From NCBI GenBank assembly GCA_016213435.1, contig JACRAL010000028.1, forward strand, positions 2,196-66,195: a stretch of 64,000 bases of DNA, in the 5' to 3' direction. The DNA comes from Bacteroidota bacterium (GTDB taxonomy: Bacteria; Bacteroidota; Bacteroidia; Palsa-948). The position numbers and the translations under genes were made by a program. This document shows, in pieces, positions 20,501 to 30,000 of the stretch. Position 1 is the first letter of the stretch. The number at the start of each line of letters is the position of its first letter. The notes under the pieces are model-generated. The model had not been told where the DNA came from. It saw only the letters and a program-made list of their open reading frames with translations, and searched no databases.

Positions 20501-21134
20501 GAAAAAGCTGGAGCTTGTGAAAGATTTGATCCTTTCGGAAGTAAATGTAAAGGAGATTGAATATGTTGGAGAAGACGATGTACAAATCGTGAAAAACCTG
20601 AAGCTGAATTTCAAAACACTAGGTAAGAAATGTGGCAAACACATGAAAGCTGTTCAAGCGCATGCAACCGATCCTATTTATGCAAAACTTATTATCCAAT
20701 CTATTTCAAAAAATGATAGTTACGAAATAAAAATAGAGAACGAAACAATAGAACTTCTTCCTGAAGATGTTGAGATCATTCCGGTTGACATTCCGGGCTG
20801 GAAAGTGGCTAACAGCGGTGCGCTTACGGTCGCACTTGACATCACGCTTACCGAAAAATTAAAGGAGGAAGGAATAGCAAGGGAAATCGTAAATCGCATT
20901 CAGAATCTGCGAAAAGAGAAGAAATTTGAGGTTACAGATAAGATAGAAGTAAGGATAAAAGATCACAAGAAAATAAATTCAGCCATTTTAAATAATTTAG
21001 ATTACATTCGCGCGGAAATTTTGGCAAATACGTTTGAGATCGTCAGCGAGATTAATGGAAACGGCATTGAGATTGAAGTAGATGAAGAGATAAAAACAAT
21101 GGTCGAGATTGACCGCATTAAACAGTTAAACTAA
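17544..21134 (+). CDS. ileS: Isoleucine--tRNA ligase, carrying three in-frame palindromic-element insertions
   Basis: HIGH-type motif 'PSANGMPGIHH', 'WTTTPWTLP', 'WNLSRSRFWG' and KMSKS 'KMSKRLGN'. The 1196-aa length is about 50 aa longer than usual, owing to the GC-rich inserts. Confidence 0.95.
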   Translation: MSKYTEYKNLNLPEIGKEILDLWEKNHTFEKSVTSREGAEPFVFYEGPPSANGMPGIHHVMARTIKDLFCRYQTLKGKQVKRKAGWDTHGLPIELAVEKTLGITKEDIGKKISIEDYNKACRTEVMKYQDKWEEVTRLMGYWVDMKHPYVTYENNYIESVWWLLKKLYDKKLLYKGYTIQPYSPAAGTGLSTHELNQPGCYRNVRDTTAVAMFRLIPNPSPKEKGEILSFGEDLGEAYFLAWTTTPWTLPSNTALAVGKNINYVLIATFNRFTWKKCFVILAEDLFGKYFQRIAIIGNYTEEEIFKIQNPSIAEALNRLDNHPKEKRIINGHELIGVIVSRFTGKDIEGIHYEQLLPFKANEKVELNGKLLPFGEAGGAVILGDFVTTEDGTGIVHIAPSFGADDFRVAKQNGIGSLTLVDRRGKFFPEVRDDVFLYGDEYVKAEYLTDTEKQIEFQKQKKVLEAAGKIKELKEYLSVDERIVLKLQEEGKLFKKEKYEHSYPHCWRTDKPILYYPLDSWFVKVTEYKDRMVELNKTINWKPAHTGTGRFGEWLNNLQDWNLSRSRFWGIPLPIWRTEDGKEEKIIGSVDDLRKEVNKAVQSGFMKVSPFEGSEEDVDLHKPYIDRVFLVSDSGKKMTRESDLIDVWFDSGAMPYAQWHYPFENKEMIDSLPSPVGEGSGVRRTGAAFPADFIAEGVDQTRGWFYTLHAIAALCFDSVAYKNVLSNGLVLDKNGNKMSKRLGNAVDPFSTLEKYGPDAVRWYMVTNADPWDNLKFDLEGVAEKQRSFFGTLYNTYAFFALYANIDNFSFKEKEIPLKDKPEIDRWILSELNSLIKSVDESYSSYEPTKAGRAIETFVDEHLSNWYVRLCRRRFWKGEYTQDKISAYQTLYRCLEVVAQLSSPIAPFFCEKLFKDLNDITGRQKAESVHLSLFPKMDESSIDKPLEERMEIAQKISSMILSIRKKENIRVRQPLTKIRVPILDDSFKKKLELVKDLILSEVNVKEIEYVGEDDVQIVKNLKLNFKTLGKKCGKHMKAVQAHATDPIYAKLIIQSISKNDSYEIKIENETIELLPEDVEIIPVDIPGWKVANSGALTVALDITLTEKLKEEGIAREIVNRIQNLRKEKKFEVTDKIEVRIKDHKKINSAILNNLDYIRAEILANTFEIVSEINGNGIEIEVDEEIKTMVEIDRIKQLN

Positions 21135-21145
21135 TTTTTATCACC

Positions 21146-22042
21146 ATGGCAAAAGCAAAAAAGAAGGCAAAAGCCAAAGCAAAACCGGTTAAAAAGGTTA
21201 AGAAAGCTGCTTCAAAAAAGACAAAGAAAGTAACAGCAAAGAAGGCTGTTAAGAAAAAGGCTGTAAAAAAGAAACCCGTGGCGAAGAAAGCGGCTGCAAA
21301 GAAAAAAAACCTTGCGAAGAAAAAAACTGCAAAAGCGATAAAGAAGAAAGCTGTTAAGAAAGTTGTTGTGAAAAAAGCAACGAAGAAGGCCACTATAAAA
21401 GCAAAGCCTATTTCCAAGAAGGAAGAGAAAAGATTAAAAGCCATTCAGCATGCAATTCCTGTTCTTCCTTTAAAACCAATCCTTGAGGAGAAGCCGGAGA
21501 AAGAAAAAAAGAAAACCAAAGAAGAATTAGCCGAAGAGCGCGAACTGTTGGGAGAAGAAACTTATTCATGGGACAGCGGTACTTTTTCTGACATGAAAAA
21601 TTATGAACCACTTCCTGTATTCAGAAAGCCGGATCCTCCGCAACCAAAATTTAAAGGCAAGCCGGATAAGCGTACTCGTTATTCTGATAAAGAACTGAGT
21701 GAATTCAGAGGGATTATAAATGAGAAAATTGCCGAAGCAGAACGCGATTATGAACTTTTGAAGAACACGCTTGCTCATCGTGGTGAGCATGGCACGGATG
21801 ATACATCCCCCACTTTCAAAGTCTTGGAAGATGGATCGGACGCAATGTCGCGTGAAGAGATTGCTCAGCTTGCATCCCGTCAGGAACGTCATATTCAAAA
21901 TCTTAAGAATGCCCTTATCCGTATTGCAAATAAGACCTATGGAATTTGCCGTGTAACCGGAAAACTCATTCCGAAAGAAAGATTGCGCAGCGTTCCTCAT
22001 GCCACGCTCAGCATAGAAGCTAAACTGACGCAGAACTCTTAA
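21146..22042 (+). CDS. TraR/DksA-family protein with an N-terminal lysine/alanine-rich histone-H1-like tail
   Basis: The N-terminal ~115 aa are AKKA/KKAV repeats. The C-terminus, 'ELSEFRGIINEKIAEAE...YGICRVTGKLIPKERLRSVPHATLSIEAK', matches the DksA/TraR coiled-coil plus zinc-finger-like domain. The gene lies between ileS and lspA, the conserved position of the dksA-like gene. Confidence 0.7.
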   Translation: MAKAKKKAKAKAKPVKKVKKAASKKTKKVTAKKAVKKKAVKKKPVAKKAAAKKKNLAKKKTAKAIKKKAVKKVVVKKATKKATIKAKPISKKEEKRLKAIQHAIPVLPLKPILEEKPEKEKKKTKEELAEERELLGEETYSWDSGTFSDMKNYEPLPVFRKPDPPQPKFKGKPDKRTRYSDKELSEFRGIINEKIAEAERDYELLKNTLAHRGEHGTDDTSPTFKVLEDGSDAMSREEIAQLASRQERHIQNLKNALIRIANKTYGICRVTGKLIPKERLRSVPHATLSIEAKLTQNS

Positions 22043-22122
22043 AAAGTTTACAGTCTATGGTTTACAGTTTACGGTTTAAAACCAACTGTAAACCGTAGAC
22101 AGCAGACAGTAAACCGAATTTT

Positions 22123-22764
22123 GTGAAAAAAGCCGCACTCATCGTTTTTCTCGTTCTTCTGATTGATCAGGTTGTTAAGATATGGATCAAGACGCACATG
22201 ACTTTGGGCGATCAGATACCTGTTATTCAGAACTTATTTTACATACACTTTACTGAAAATTACGGAATGGCTTTCGGGCTGGAACTGGAGGGCAGTTACG
22301 GAAAATTGCTTTTGAGTTTGTTCCGCATCCTTGCGGTGGGCGGAATAGGCTGGTATCTCTACACGCTCGTGAAACAAAAAGCGCACAGCGGTCTCATCTT
22401 CAGCATTTCACTTATTATGGCAGGTGCTATAGGCAATATTCTTGACAGCGCATTTTACGGATTGGTGTTTTCAGAAAGCACCCCGATGGATGTCGCCATG
22501 TTCTTGCCGGCAGAAGGCGGCTATGCGGGTTTCCTGCATGGCGCTGTGGTGGATATGTTTTACTTCAATGTGTATTTTGAACATGTGTTCTGGAGCACAA
22601 CATCATTTCATTTCTCTTTTCCGATCTTTAATATTTCTGATTCTGCAATTACCATTGGGGTAGTTATCATCCTGCTTTTTCAGAAACTATTTTTTAAGAA
22701 GGAGGAACTGGATACCAATAACGGATCAGTTGCGAATGTTACAAATGAAAACGTTGCACCTTAA
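22123..22764 (+). CDS. lspA: Lipoprotein signal peptidase II
   Basis: 'FTENYGMAFG' and 'GNILDS' motifs of signal peptidase II, within a polytopic membrane protein. Confidence 0.85.
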   Translation: MKKAALIVFLVLLIDQVVKIWIKTHMTLGDQIPVIQNLFYIHFTENYGMAFGLELEGSYGKLLLSLFRILAVGGIGWYLYTLVKQKAHSGLIFSISLIMAGAIGNILDSAFYGLVFSESTPMDVAMFLPAEGGYAGFLHGAVVDMFYFNVYFEHVFWSTTSFHFSFPIFNISDSAITIGVVIILLFQKLFFKKEELDTNNGSVANVTNENVAP

Positions 22765-22816
22765 CATCCCCTTTTTCTGATTCGTTATATTCGTAAACAT
22801 TAGTTATTAGTAACCA

Positions 22817-23452
22817 ATGGCGAAGCCAAAGCCAAAATACTACGTAGTCTGGAAAGGAAAAGAGCCGGGTATTTTTGATTCCTGGGATACGTGCAAGAAG
22901 CAAATCCAAAATTTTACAGGGGCACAATACAAATCCTTTAAAACAAAGGAAGCAGCAGAAAGCGCATTTAAATTATCATACAAAGATGCTATCATCTCAC
23001 CCCTCACTCCCCTCTCCACGAGGAGAGGGGAAGAGGGAGAGGTGGTTGGTTATCCCATGCTCGAAAGCATCTCTGTAGATGCCGCTTTTAACGGAAAGGT
23101 AATGGAGTACAAAGGCGTTTACACCAAAACAAAACAAGAACTATTCAAGCTGGGTCCTTTTGAAGATGCAACAAATAATATCGGGGAATTCCTCGCTATC
23201 GTGCATGCCTTGGGTTATCTGAAAAAACAGCACAGCACGGTTCCCGTTTATTCCGACAGTGTTACAGCCATCCACTGGGTGAAAACGCATAAGGCAAACA
23301 CCAAACTAAAAGAAACCCCTGCAAACAAATCTCTTTTCTTTCTTATTGAAAGAGCGGAAAAGTGGTTAAGCCAGAATAAATACCCTAATAAACTCCTCAA
23401 GTGGGAGACAAAAGCATGGGGAGAGAACCCTGCTGACTTTGGCAGGAAGTAA
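22817..23452 (+). CDS. rnhA: Ribonuclease HI with N-terminal RNA/DNA hybrid-binding domain (Cauli_VI-type)
   Basis: N-terminal 'YYVVWKGKEPGIFDSWDTCKKQIQNFTGAQYKSFKTKEAAESAF' hybrid-binding domain, then an RNase H catalytic core (D..E..D..D). A GC-rich palindromic insert lies in the linker. Confidence 0.8.
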   Translation: MAKPKPKYYVVWKGKEPGIFDSWDTCKKQIQNFTGAQYKSFKTKEAAESAFKLSYKDAIISPLTPLSTRRGEEGEVVGYPMLESISVDAAFNGKVMEYKGVYTKTKQELFKLGPFEDATNNIGEFLAIVHALGYLKKQHSTVPVYSDSVTAIHWVKTHKANTKLKETPANKSLFFLIERAEKWLSQNKYPNKLLKWETKAWGENPADFGRK

Positions 23453-23747
23453 TGGAGAATCCTCCAAATTTTAAAGATGAAACACCCGCAGGAGAATGAG
23501 CTGTTAGACCTCTCTCGTTTAGAAAACAACCTCATCATTTTTCTTGTACAAGTAAAATGATTTGCTTTCCTTTTTAAAATATCTCGTTGCCTGCCTGATT
23601 CTTGGCAAGGCTATGTTTCCAAATAGGAGTGAGTTCTCTGACATTTGGCAAGGTATTTTTTTTCTCAGCATGGGCTATTCCTAATAGTGTGTATGGTGAA
23701 ATGAAGAAAAAATAATCCCGAAATAGAATCTTATAATTTTCTGATCA

Positions 23748-23779
23748 AGCCCCGCAATCCTGCGGGGCTTTTCCTTTCC
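23748..23779 (+). terminator. Rho-independent terminator-like hairpin (GCCCCGCA-ATCC-TGCGGGGC + T-tract)
   Basis: Perfect 8-bp GC stem followed by TTTTCCTTT, within a 770-bp ORF-free region. Confidence 0.5.
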
Positions 23780-24218
23780 CAAAAGTAATTAGCACAAGTA
23801 CGCACCGTTGCCCATATTACCCCGATATGTTGCCCCACTATGCGAACATCTACGCGCTCATGGGAAATACCTCATAGTGCACCCCGATCCCCTATATGGG
23901 GCTTGTTTCTAAAACTTATTAACAAGTGGGCTAATAGTGGACTAATTTACAAATAAAAAAGCCGTGAAACGTAGATTTTACCTATGAAACACGACTTTAT
24001 AGTTAGCGGACTTGATGTTTCCTATATCGAACGGTTTATGTCTGATTTACAGAAGGTCATAGAATACCGTAATACGATAGGCGGATAATGCTGTGTGCGC
24101 CTTTTAATGGTTGATATATCATTTTTACAAAGGTATAAAGTTCCTTTTTCTTTCGGTCAATGTTGCACATGGGGGCTATAGATAGGACAAAGGTAGGATT
24201 TCATAGGCAATTCGCCAT

Positions 24219-24590
24219 TTAATTCGTATTTACAGTCACATCATATTCATTCTGCCTGAAACGCTCTTTCACTATTACTGTTATTTTCCCTTTTACCTGT
24301 CCACCTTTCTGTTGGCTGTAACCTTTTGCAAAAATAGTATAAGTGTCCGGATGCAGGTTGTCAAAATATGCTTGCCCGATTGCGTCTGACCCCTGCTGTT
24401 TATCAAATCGAGTTGGTGGAACGGCAGAAGTTGTGTCATTTCCGCGCTCAAGATAGACAGAGGCTTGCTCCACAGAGTACCCATTATATTTTACAGTAAC
24501 TAAAATGCTACCATTGCCTTCTTCTTTTTTACAAGATGCAATAAAAATAATTGATAATAATAAAATCAAAATATGCCTTAGTAGTTTCAT
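24219..24590 (-). CDS. Hypothetical lipoprotein (carboxypeptidase-regulatory-like beta-sandwich?)
   Basis: Signal peptide with 'ASC' lipobox; 123 aa. Confidence 0.5.
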   Translation of the reverse strand: MKLLRHILILLLSIIFIASCKKEEGNGSILVTVKYNGYSVEQASVYLERGNDTTSAVPPTRFDKQQGSDAIGQAYFDNLHPDTYTIFAKGYSQQKGGQVKGKITVIVKERFRQNEYDVTVNTN

Positions 24591-24601
24591 TGTGACTGTT
24601 T

Positions 24602-25390
24602 TTAAATTCTAATAGTCCCGCCAATAAAGATAAAAGGTTTTCTTTCAGGAATAAAATAATAAATACCGCAGTCTATTTGCCAATTTTGCTTTGGCGTAAA
24701 AGTTATACCGGAATCAACAGAATAGTTATGGGTTAGACTGCCTGAGTTATTATACCTGTAAGACACTTCAGCGAATTGTCTTAAATCACCAACTAACTTG
24801 TAGTCAAAACTGACGGTGGAAAATAACTCTGTCTGCTTTAACATCGGATTGACTGAAAAGGAACTTATACCTCCAGTATATCCCACTCCAAATTTTTTCA
24901 TTACCTCCCATTCGGCATTGAGAAGAAGTCCGCCATTTAAAACCCGAAAGGTATCTTGGAAAAAATTTGTGGTTCTAATCAATGGCATAATTGCTAAAGC
25001 AAAATTGCCCGAATCATTTCCTGTAATGTTGTACTTATAACGTAAAGTAAAATCTTCAAAATAACTATGCTTGGGAACAGAACTCATTTCCGAAAATCTG
25101 TTTTTGTAACAGCCTGAAATTAATTCAATATCCATTTTTTTAGTAATTCCAACTTTAACATTAAGAAATCCGATACCAAAAGTAGAAAAGGTTTCTTTTA
25201 ATTGTGTCTCCTTCGTATAATTGATTAAATCAAGTTCAAACATTATATGCTTTTTGTCTACCGTAATGGGCGATTCTGTCTGATGCGGGCGATCAGGACT
25301 TAATTCCCTAAGTTTTTTATTATTTATAGATTGGGCAAACAAAAAAAAAGAATTTGACAATATGAAAACCGAAATAATTATTTTTTGCAT
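24602..25390 (-). CDS. Putative outer-membrane beta-barrel 'transporter' family protein (MetA-pathway-like, PF13557-like)
   Basis: Signal peptide, an N-terminal 'SPDRPHQTESP' motif and an alternating beta-strand pattern. Start chosen at the internal Met (MQKIII...). Confidence 0.45.
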   Translation of the reverse strand: MQKIIISVFILSNSFFLFAQSINNKKLRELSPDRPHQTESPITVDKKHIMFELDLINYTKETQLKETFSTFGIGFLNVKVGITKKMDIELISGCYKNRFSEMSSVPKHSYFEDFTLRYKYNITGNDSGNFALAIMPLIRTTNFFQDTFRVLNGGLLLNAEWEVMKKFGVGYTGGISSFSVNPMLKQTELFSTVSFDYKLVGDLRQFAEVSYRYNNSGSLTHNYSVDSGITFTPKQNWQIDCGIYYFIPERKPFIFIGGTIRI

Positions 25391-25570
25391 GACATATTTT
25401 AGATAATCTGAAGTCCGTTTTTTTGTATGGCAATTCATAAAATATAAGTAACGACTATAAAGATAATCAGTGCATAGATTGCTATTACACCAATTAAAAG
25501 TAAAATAGCGTACTTCTTTATATCATTGTCTCCACGCATTATAAATGCCATTCAAAATTAACTATATTTT

Positions 25571-26995
25571 TTATCTCCATCCGCCTCCCAATGCTTTGTA
25601 TAGGTTTACAGTCGCTATGAGTTTATTTTTACTTGCGTCTATGAGTTCAAGTTGCGTTTCCAATGAATTTTGCTGTGCCAATAAAACTTCCAAATAAGTT
25701 GCCCTTCCTGTTTTATATAATTCCTTAGAACTTTCAACTGAGAGCATCAATACACTACTTTGTTCTTTTTTCAGAGCATTTATTTCCTGAAAATATTTAA
25801 TGTTTGAAAGTCCATTTACTACTTCTGCATATCCATTCAAAATAGTTTCCTGATAATAATACATTGCAGTTAACTGATTTGCTTTTGCAGTATTGAATTG
25901 TGCTTTCAAAGCATTTCTGTTAATCAGTGGTGCAACCAAATTACCTAAAGCTGAATACGCTAATGATGTTGGAGTCATAAACAAAAACTGTGGATTGAAT
26001 GCTTGAAAACCATACCCTGCTGTGATATTCAGATTAGGAAAAAATGCTGCTTTTGCAGATTTTAAATCGAATTTACTTGCTTGAACTTGAAACTCTGCCT
26101 CGCGAATATCAGGTCGGTTTCTTAATAATTGAGAAGGAATGCCCGCAGTAAACTGTTGGGTAATCTCATTAAACAGAACTTCTTTAGTTCGTTGTATTGG
26201 TTGCGGAAACCGACCTAACAGAAAATTAATTCTATTTTCTAACTCTATTATTTGTCTTAATGTTTCCTTCTCTAATGCTTGTGAATTTATCAGCGCTGCC
26301 TTAAACTGTTGAACTGCTATTTCAGTTGTTTTTCCTGTTTCCATTTGAAGTTTTACAACATCCAAAGCATCTTCTTGACCTTGTATCGTTTGCCGAACAA
26401 TTTCTAATTCATTATCCAACCCCAATAACTCATAATAGGAAATAGCCACATCAGCCACCAAATTTGAAATGACAAAATTTCTTCCTTCTATACTTGATAG
26501 GTATTGTGCAATAGCAGATTTACGTTGGTTCCTCAACTTTCCCCAAATGTCAATTTCCCAACTGGCTTGTAAGCCCAAATAATAATCTTGCAGAGGATTG
26601 GGAACAATTTTACCGGGTTCATATTCAGTTGTTGTGTTGCCTGCATAGTCGGGAGTATATTTTGCATATTTATCAACTCCAACGGAACCGTTAATGCCAA
26701 CCATAGGTAGTAGTTGCCCATTAGCGAATTTTATTCCTGAACGGGCAATTTCAATTCGCTGTAAAGCTATTTGTAAATCAATATTGTTTACAAGAGCTGT
26801 GTCTATCAGTTTCACCAAAATCGTATCAGCAAAATATTTTCGCCAATTGATATTCGCTATATTGTTAGAATCATTTTGATTTTGGAAACTTGTCGGGACA
26901 TCTTTTTTTGAAATTGACAAGTTTGTATCAAGTGTTTTGCAACCGCTTACGATTAGCAACAAAAACGCGATGTATATGATATTTCTTTTCCTCAT
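25571..26995 (-). CDS. RND efflux outer-membrane factor lipoprotein (TolC/NodT family)
   Basis: Lipobox 'VSGC' and two OEP repeats; 474 aa. Confidence 0.85.
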   Translation of the reverse strand: MRKRNIIYIAFLLLIVSGCKTLDTNLSISKKDVPTSFQNQNDSNNIANINWRKYFADTILVKLIDTALVNNIDLQIALQRIEIARSGIKFANGQLLPMVGINGSVGVDKYAKYTPDYAGNTTTEYEPGKIVPNPLQDYYLGLQASWEIDIWGKLRNQRKSAIAQYLSSIEGRNFVISNLVADVAISYYELLGLDNELEIVRQTIQGQEDALDVVKLQMETGKTTEIAVQQFKAALINSQALEKETLRQIIELENRINFLLGRFPQPIQRTKEVLFNEITQQFTAGIPSQLLRNRPDIREAEFQVQASKFDLKSAKAAFFPNLNITAGYGFQAFNPQFLFMTPTSLAYSALGNLVAPLINRNALKAQFNTAKANQLTAMYYYQETILNGYAEVVNGLSNIKYFQEINALKKEQSSVLMLSVESSKELYKTGRATYLEVLLAQQNSLETQLELIDASKNKLIATVNLYKALGGGWR

Positions 26996-27007
26996 TGTAA
27001 TTTGTTC

Positions 27008-30000
27008 CTAAATGATTTCTGAAAATGGTTTTTCTTCTTTTCTGTTTCTGCTGAATTTTTCTGCAAGTGTGGCGAACACTACATACAAGCCCGGAATAAT
27101 AATTACTCCAAACACGGTTCCAAATAACATACCGCCTGCTGCTGCTGTTCCGATGGTGCTATTGCCAACTGCACCCGCACCGCTTGCAAACATTAGCGGA
27201 AGTAATCCCGCAATGAAAGCAAATGATGTCATTAAGATTGGGCGCAAACGGACTTTTGCTCCTTCAATGGCGGCTTGTAATGGTGTTTTCCCTTGACTGT
27301 GTCGTTGTGCCGCAAACTCCACGATAAGAATTGCATTTTTACCTAACAATCCAATAAGCATAATCATCGCTATTTGTGCGTAAATATTATTTTCTAAACC
27401 AAATGCACTCAACAATAAAAACGCTCCAAAAATTCCTGTTGGTAATGAAAGTATAACTGGCATTGGCAATAAAAAACTTTCGTATTGTGCCGCTAAAAGT
27501 AAATACACAAACAGCAAACAAATTATGAAAATGATAATTGCTTCGTTGCCACTGTTTGCTTCATCTAATGAAATTCCCAACCAGTCCACATCATAACCTC
27601 TCGGCAATTTTTCTTTTGCTGTTTGCTTAATGATTTTTAAAACTTCTCCACTGCTTACACCTTGTTTTCCTTCACCATTCATTTGAGCACAGAGGTATAA
27701 GTTGTAGCGGTCAATTTGGTCAACTCCATACGATTTTTCAACGGTCATAAAAGCCGACATAGGAACCATTTCGCCTTTGTCATTCTTTACATACAATTTC
27801 AATAAATCTTCGGGTAATGCCCTATATTGTGGCAATGCCTGAACCATTACTTTATACATTTGTCCGAAACGGATAAAATTAGTTGCATAATCGCTTCCTA
27901 AAAGTGTTTGCAAAGAACTCATTGCGTTGTTTACCGTTACACCTTTTTGAGCCGCCTTGTCCATATCAACTCGTAAAGTGTATTGCGGAAAACTTGCATT
28001 GAAAAAACTGTAAGCACTGGCAATTTTCGGGTTCGCTTTTAAGTCACTAATGAATTGTGTTACTACACTTTCCATTTTTTTTTGGTCGCCACTTCCCGTT
28101 TTATCTAATACAACCATTTCAAAACCACTTGCGTTTCCGTAACCGGGAACAGCAGGCGGTGGAAAAAATTCAATATCAGCGTCTTTGATGTATTTGGTTT
28201 TTTCTTCCAAAGTTTTAATCACATCGTCCACAGAAACCTTTCGTTCACTCCACGGTTTTAAATTAATCAGTGCCGTTCCGTAAATTGAACCTGTTCCATC
28301 AGAAAGAATATTTGTTCCTGCAAGTGTTGATACACTTTGTATTCCTTCTAAATTTTGTGCTTCTTTCTGAATAGCGTTTACTACTTCTTTTGTTCGTTCC
28401 AAAGTCGCACCTTGTGGAGTTATTACGCTTGCATAAAAAGTTCCCTGGTCTTCGTTTGGAATAAAACCTGAAGGCAGAATTCTTCCCAAAATCCCTGTGC
28501 CGATTAAGAATAAAAGCAATACACCAAAAGTGATAAATCTGCGATTAAGAATTTTTTCCAACAGCTTTTTATAGCGTTCTTCCAAGCCATTATACCAATT
28601 ATTAAAACCGTCAAGAAGTTTTGAAAACCAATTTTTCTTTTTCGTTACTCCATAATGATTTTTTAAAATAATCGCACACAAAGCAGGTGTTAAAGTGAGT
28701 GCCACAACACCTGACAGCACAATGGCAATAGCCATTGTCAAAGAAAATTGTCGGTAAAAAATGCCCGAAGGACCCGACATAAAAGCAACCGGAATAAATA
28801 CGGCAGACATTACCAAAGTAATAGCGATGATTGCACCGCTGATTTCTTTCATGGCTTGTTCGGTTGCTTTTTTCGCACCAATTTTTGAATGTTCCATTTT
28901 CGCATGAACCGCTTCAACAACCACAATGGCATTGTCCACCACAATTCCAATTGCCAGTACCAATGCAAAAAGTGTAATGAGGTTTAATGAAAATCCTAAA
29001 AACTGCATAAAGAAGAAAGTCCCAATGAGCGAAACAGGAACTGCTATTGCAGGAATTAAAGTGGAACGCCAATCCTGCAAAAAAATAAATACCACAAGCG
29101 CAACCAAAAGAAACGCTTCCAAAAATGTTTTGATTACTTCATGCACCGAAGCATCTAAAAACTGACTTACATCATAACTCAATTCGTAGTCCATTCCCTT
29201 TAGAAAACTTCTTTCTTTTAATTCTTCCATTTTCGCTTTAACGGCTGCAATTACTTCACTTGCATTACTGCCCGGTGATTGTTTGAGCATAATAGCAGCA
29301 CAGGTTTTACCATTGAATTTTGCTTCCACGTCAAAATAGGTTGTGCCAAATTCTACCTCTGCCACATCTTTAATTCGCAAAATTTTTCCTGTGGTTTCCG
29401 ATTTAAGCGGAATGTTTTCGTATTGCTCTTTGGTGTTGAATTTCCCCGTGTATTTTACTGTGTATTGTAATGGCTGTCCCTGACCTTTTCTTTCAGAACT
29501 CTCACCGATTTTTCCGGGTGCTGCTTCCACATTTTGTTCATCTAATGCAGTTAATACATCTTCGGTTGAAATGTTGTAAGTAAGCATCTTGTCGGGCTTC
29601 AACCAAATACGCATAGCGTATTCCTTCACTCCCATAATATCAATAAAACCAACTCCTTTAATTCTTTTCAGTTCTGCAAGAACATTCAGGTCAGTGAAAT
29701 TGTAAAGGAATTTTTCGTCAAGCGTTGTGTCTGAACTGTAAATATTCAGATAGGTGAGCATAGCGTTGTTTACTTTGGTTATTTTAATTCCACTCTTTAC
29801 CAAATCAGGGGGAAGCTGTGGAATTACTTCAGCAACACGATTCTGAACACTCATGGCAGCTACATCGGGATTTGTTCCAACCTCAAAAATTATTTTGATT
29901 AACCCTACACCGTCATTTCCTGCGTCACTAAAAATATATTTTGCACCTGCCACACCGTTGATTGCTTTTTCAAGAGGCACAATGGCTGTTTTCACAACTG

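Noticed and set aside
21118-21444. 108-aa phenylalanine-rich ORF on the minus strand
   Set aside because: It is antisense to the lysine/alanine repeat of the DksA-like gene (AAA/AAG codons read as TTT/CTT on the other strand), a low-complexity artefact.
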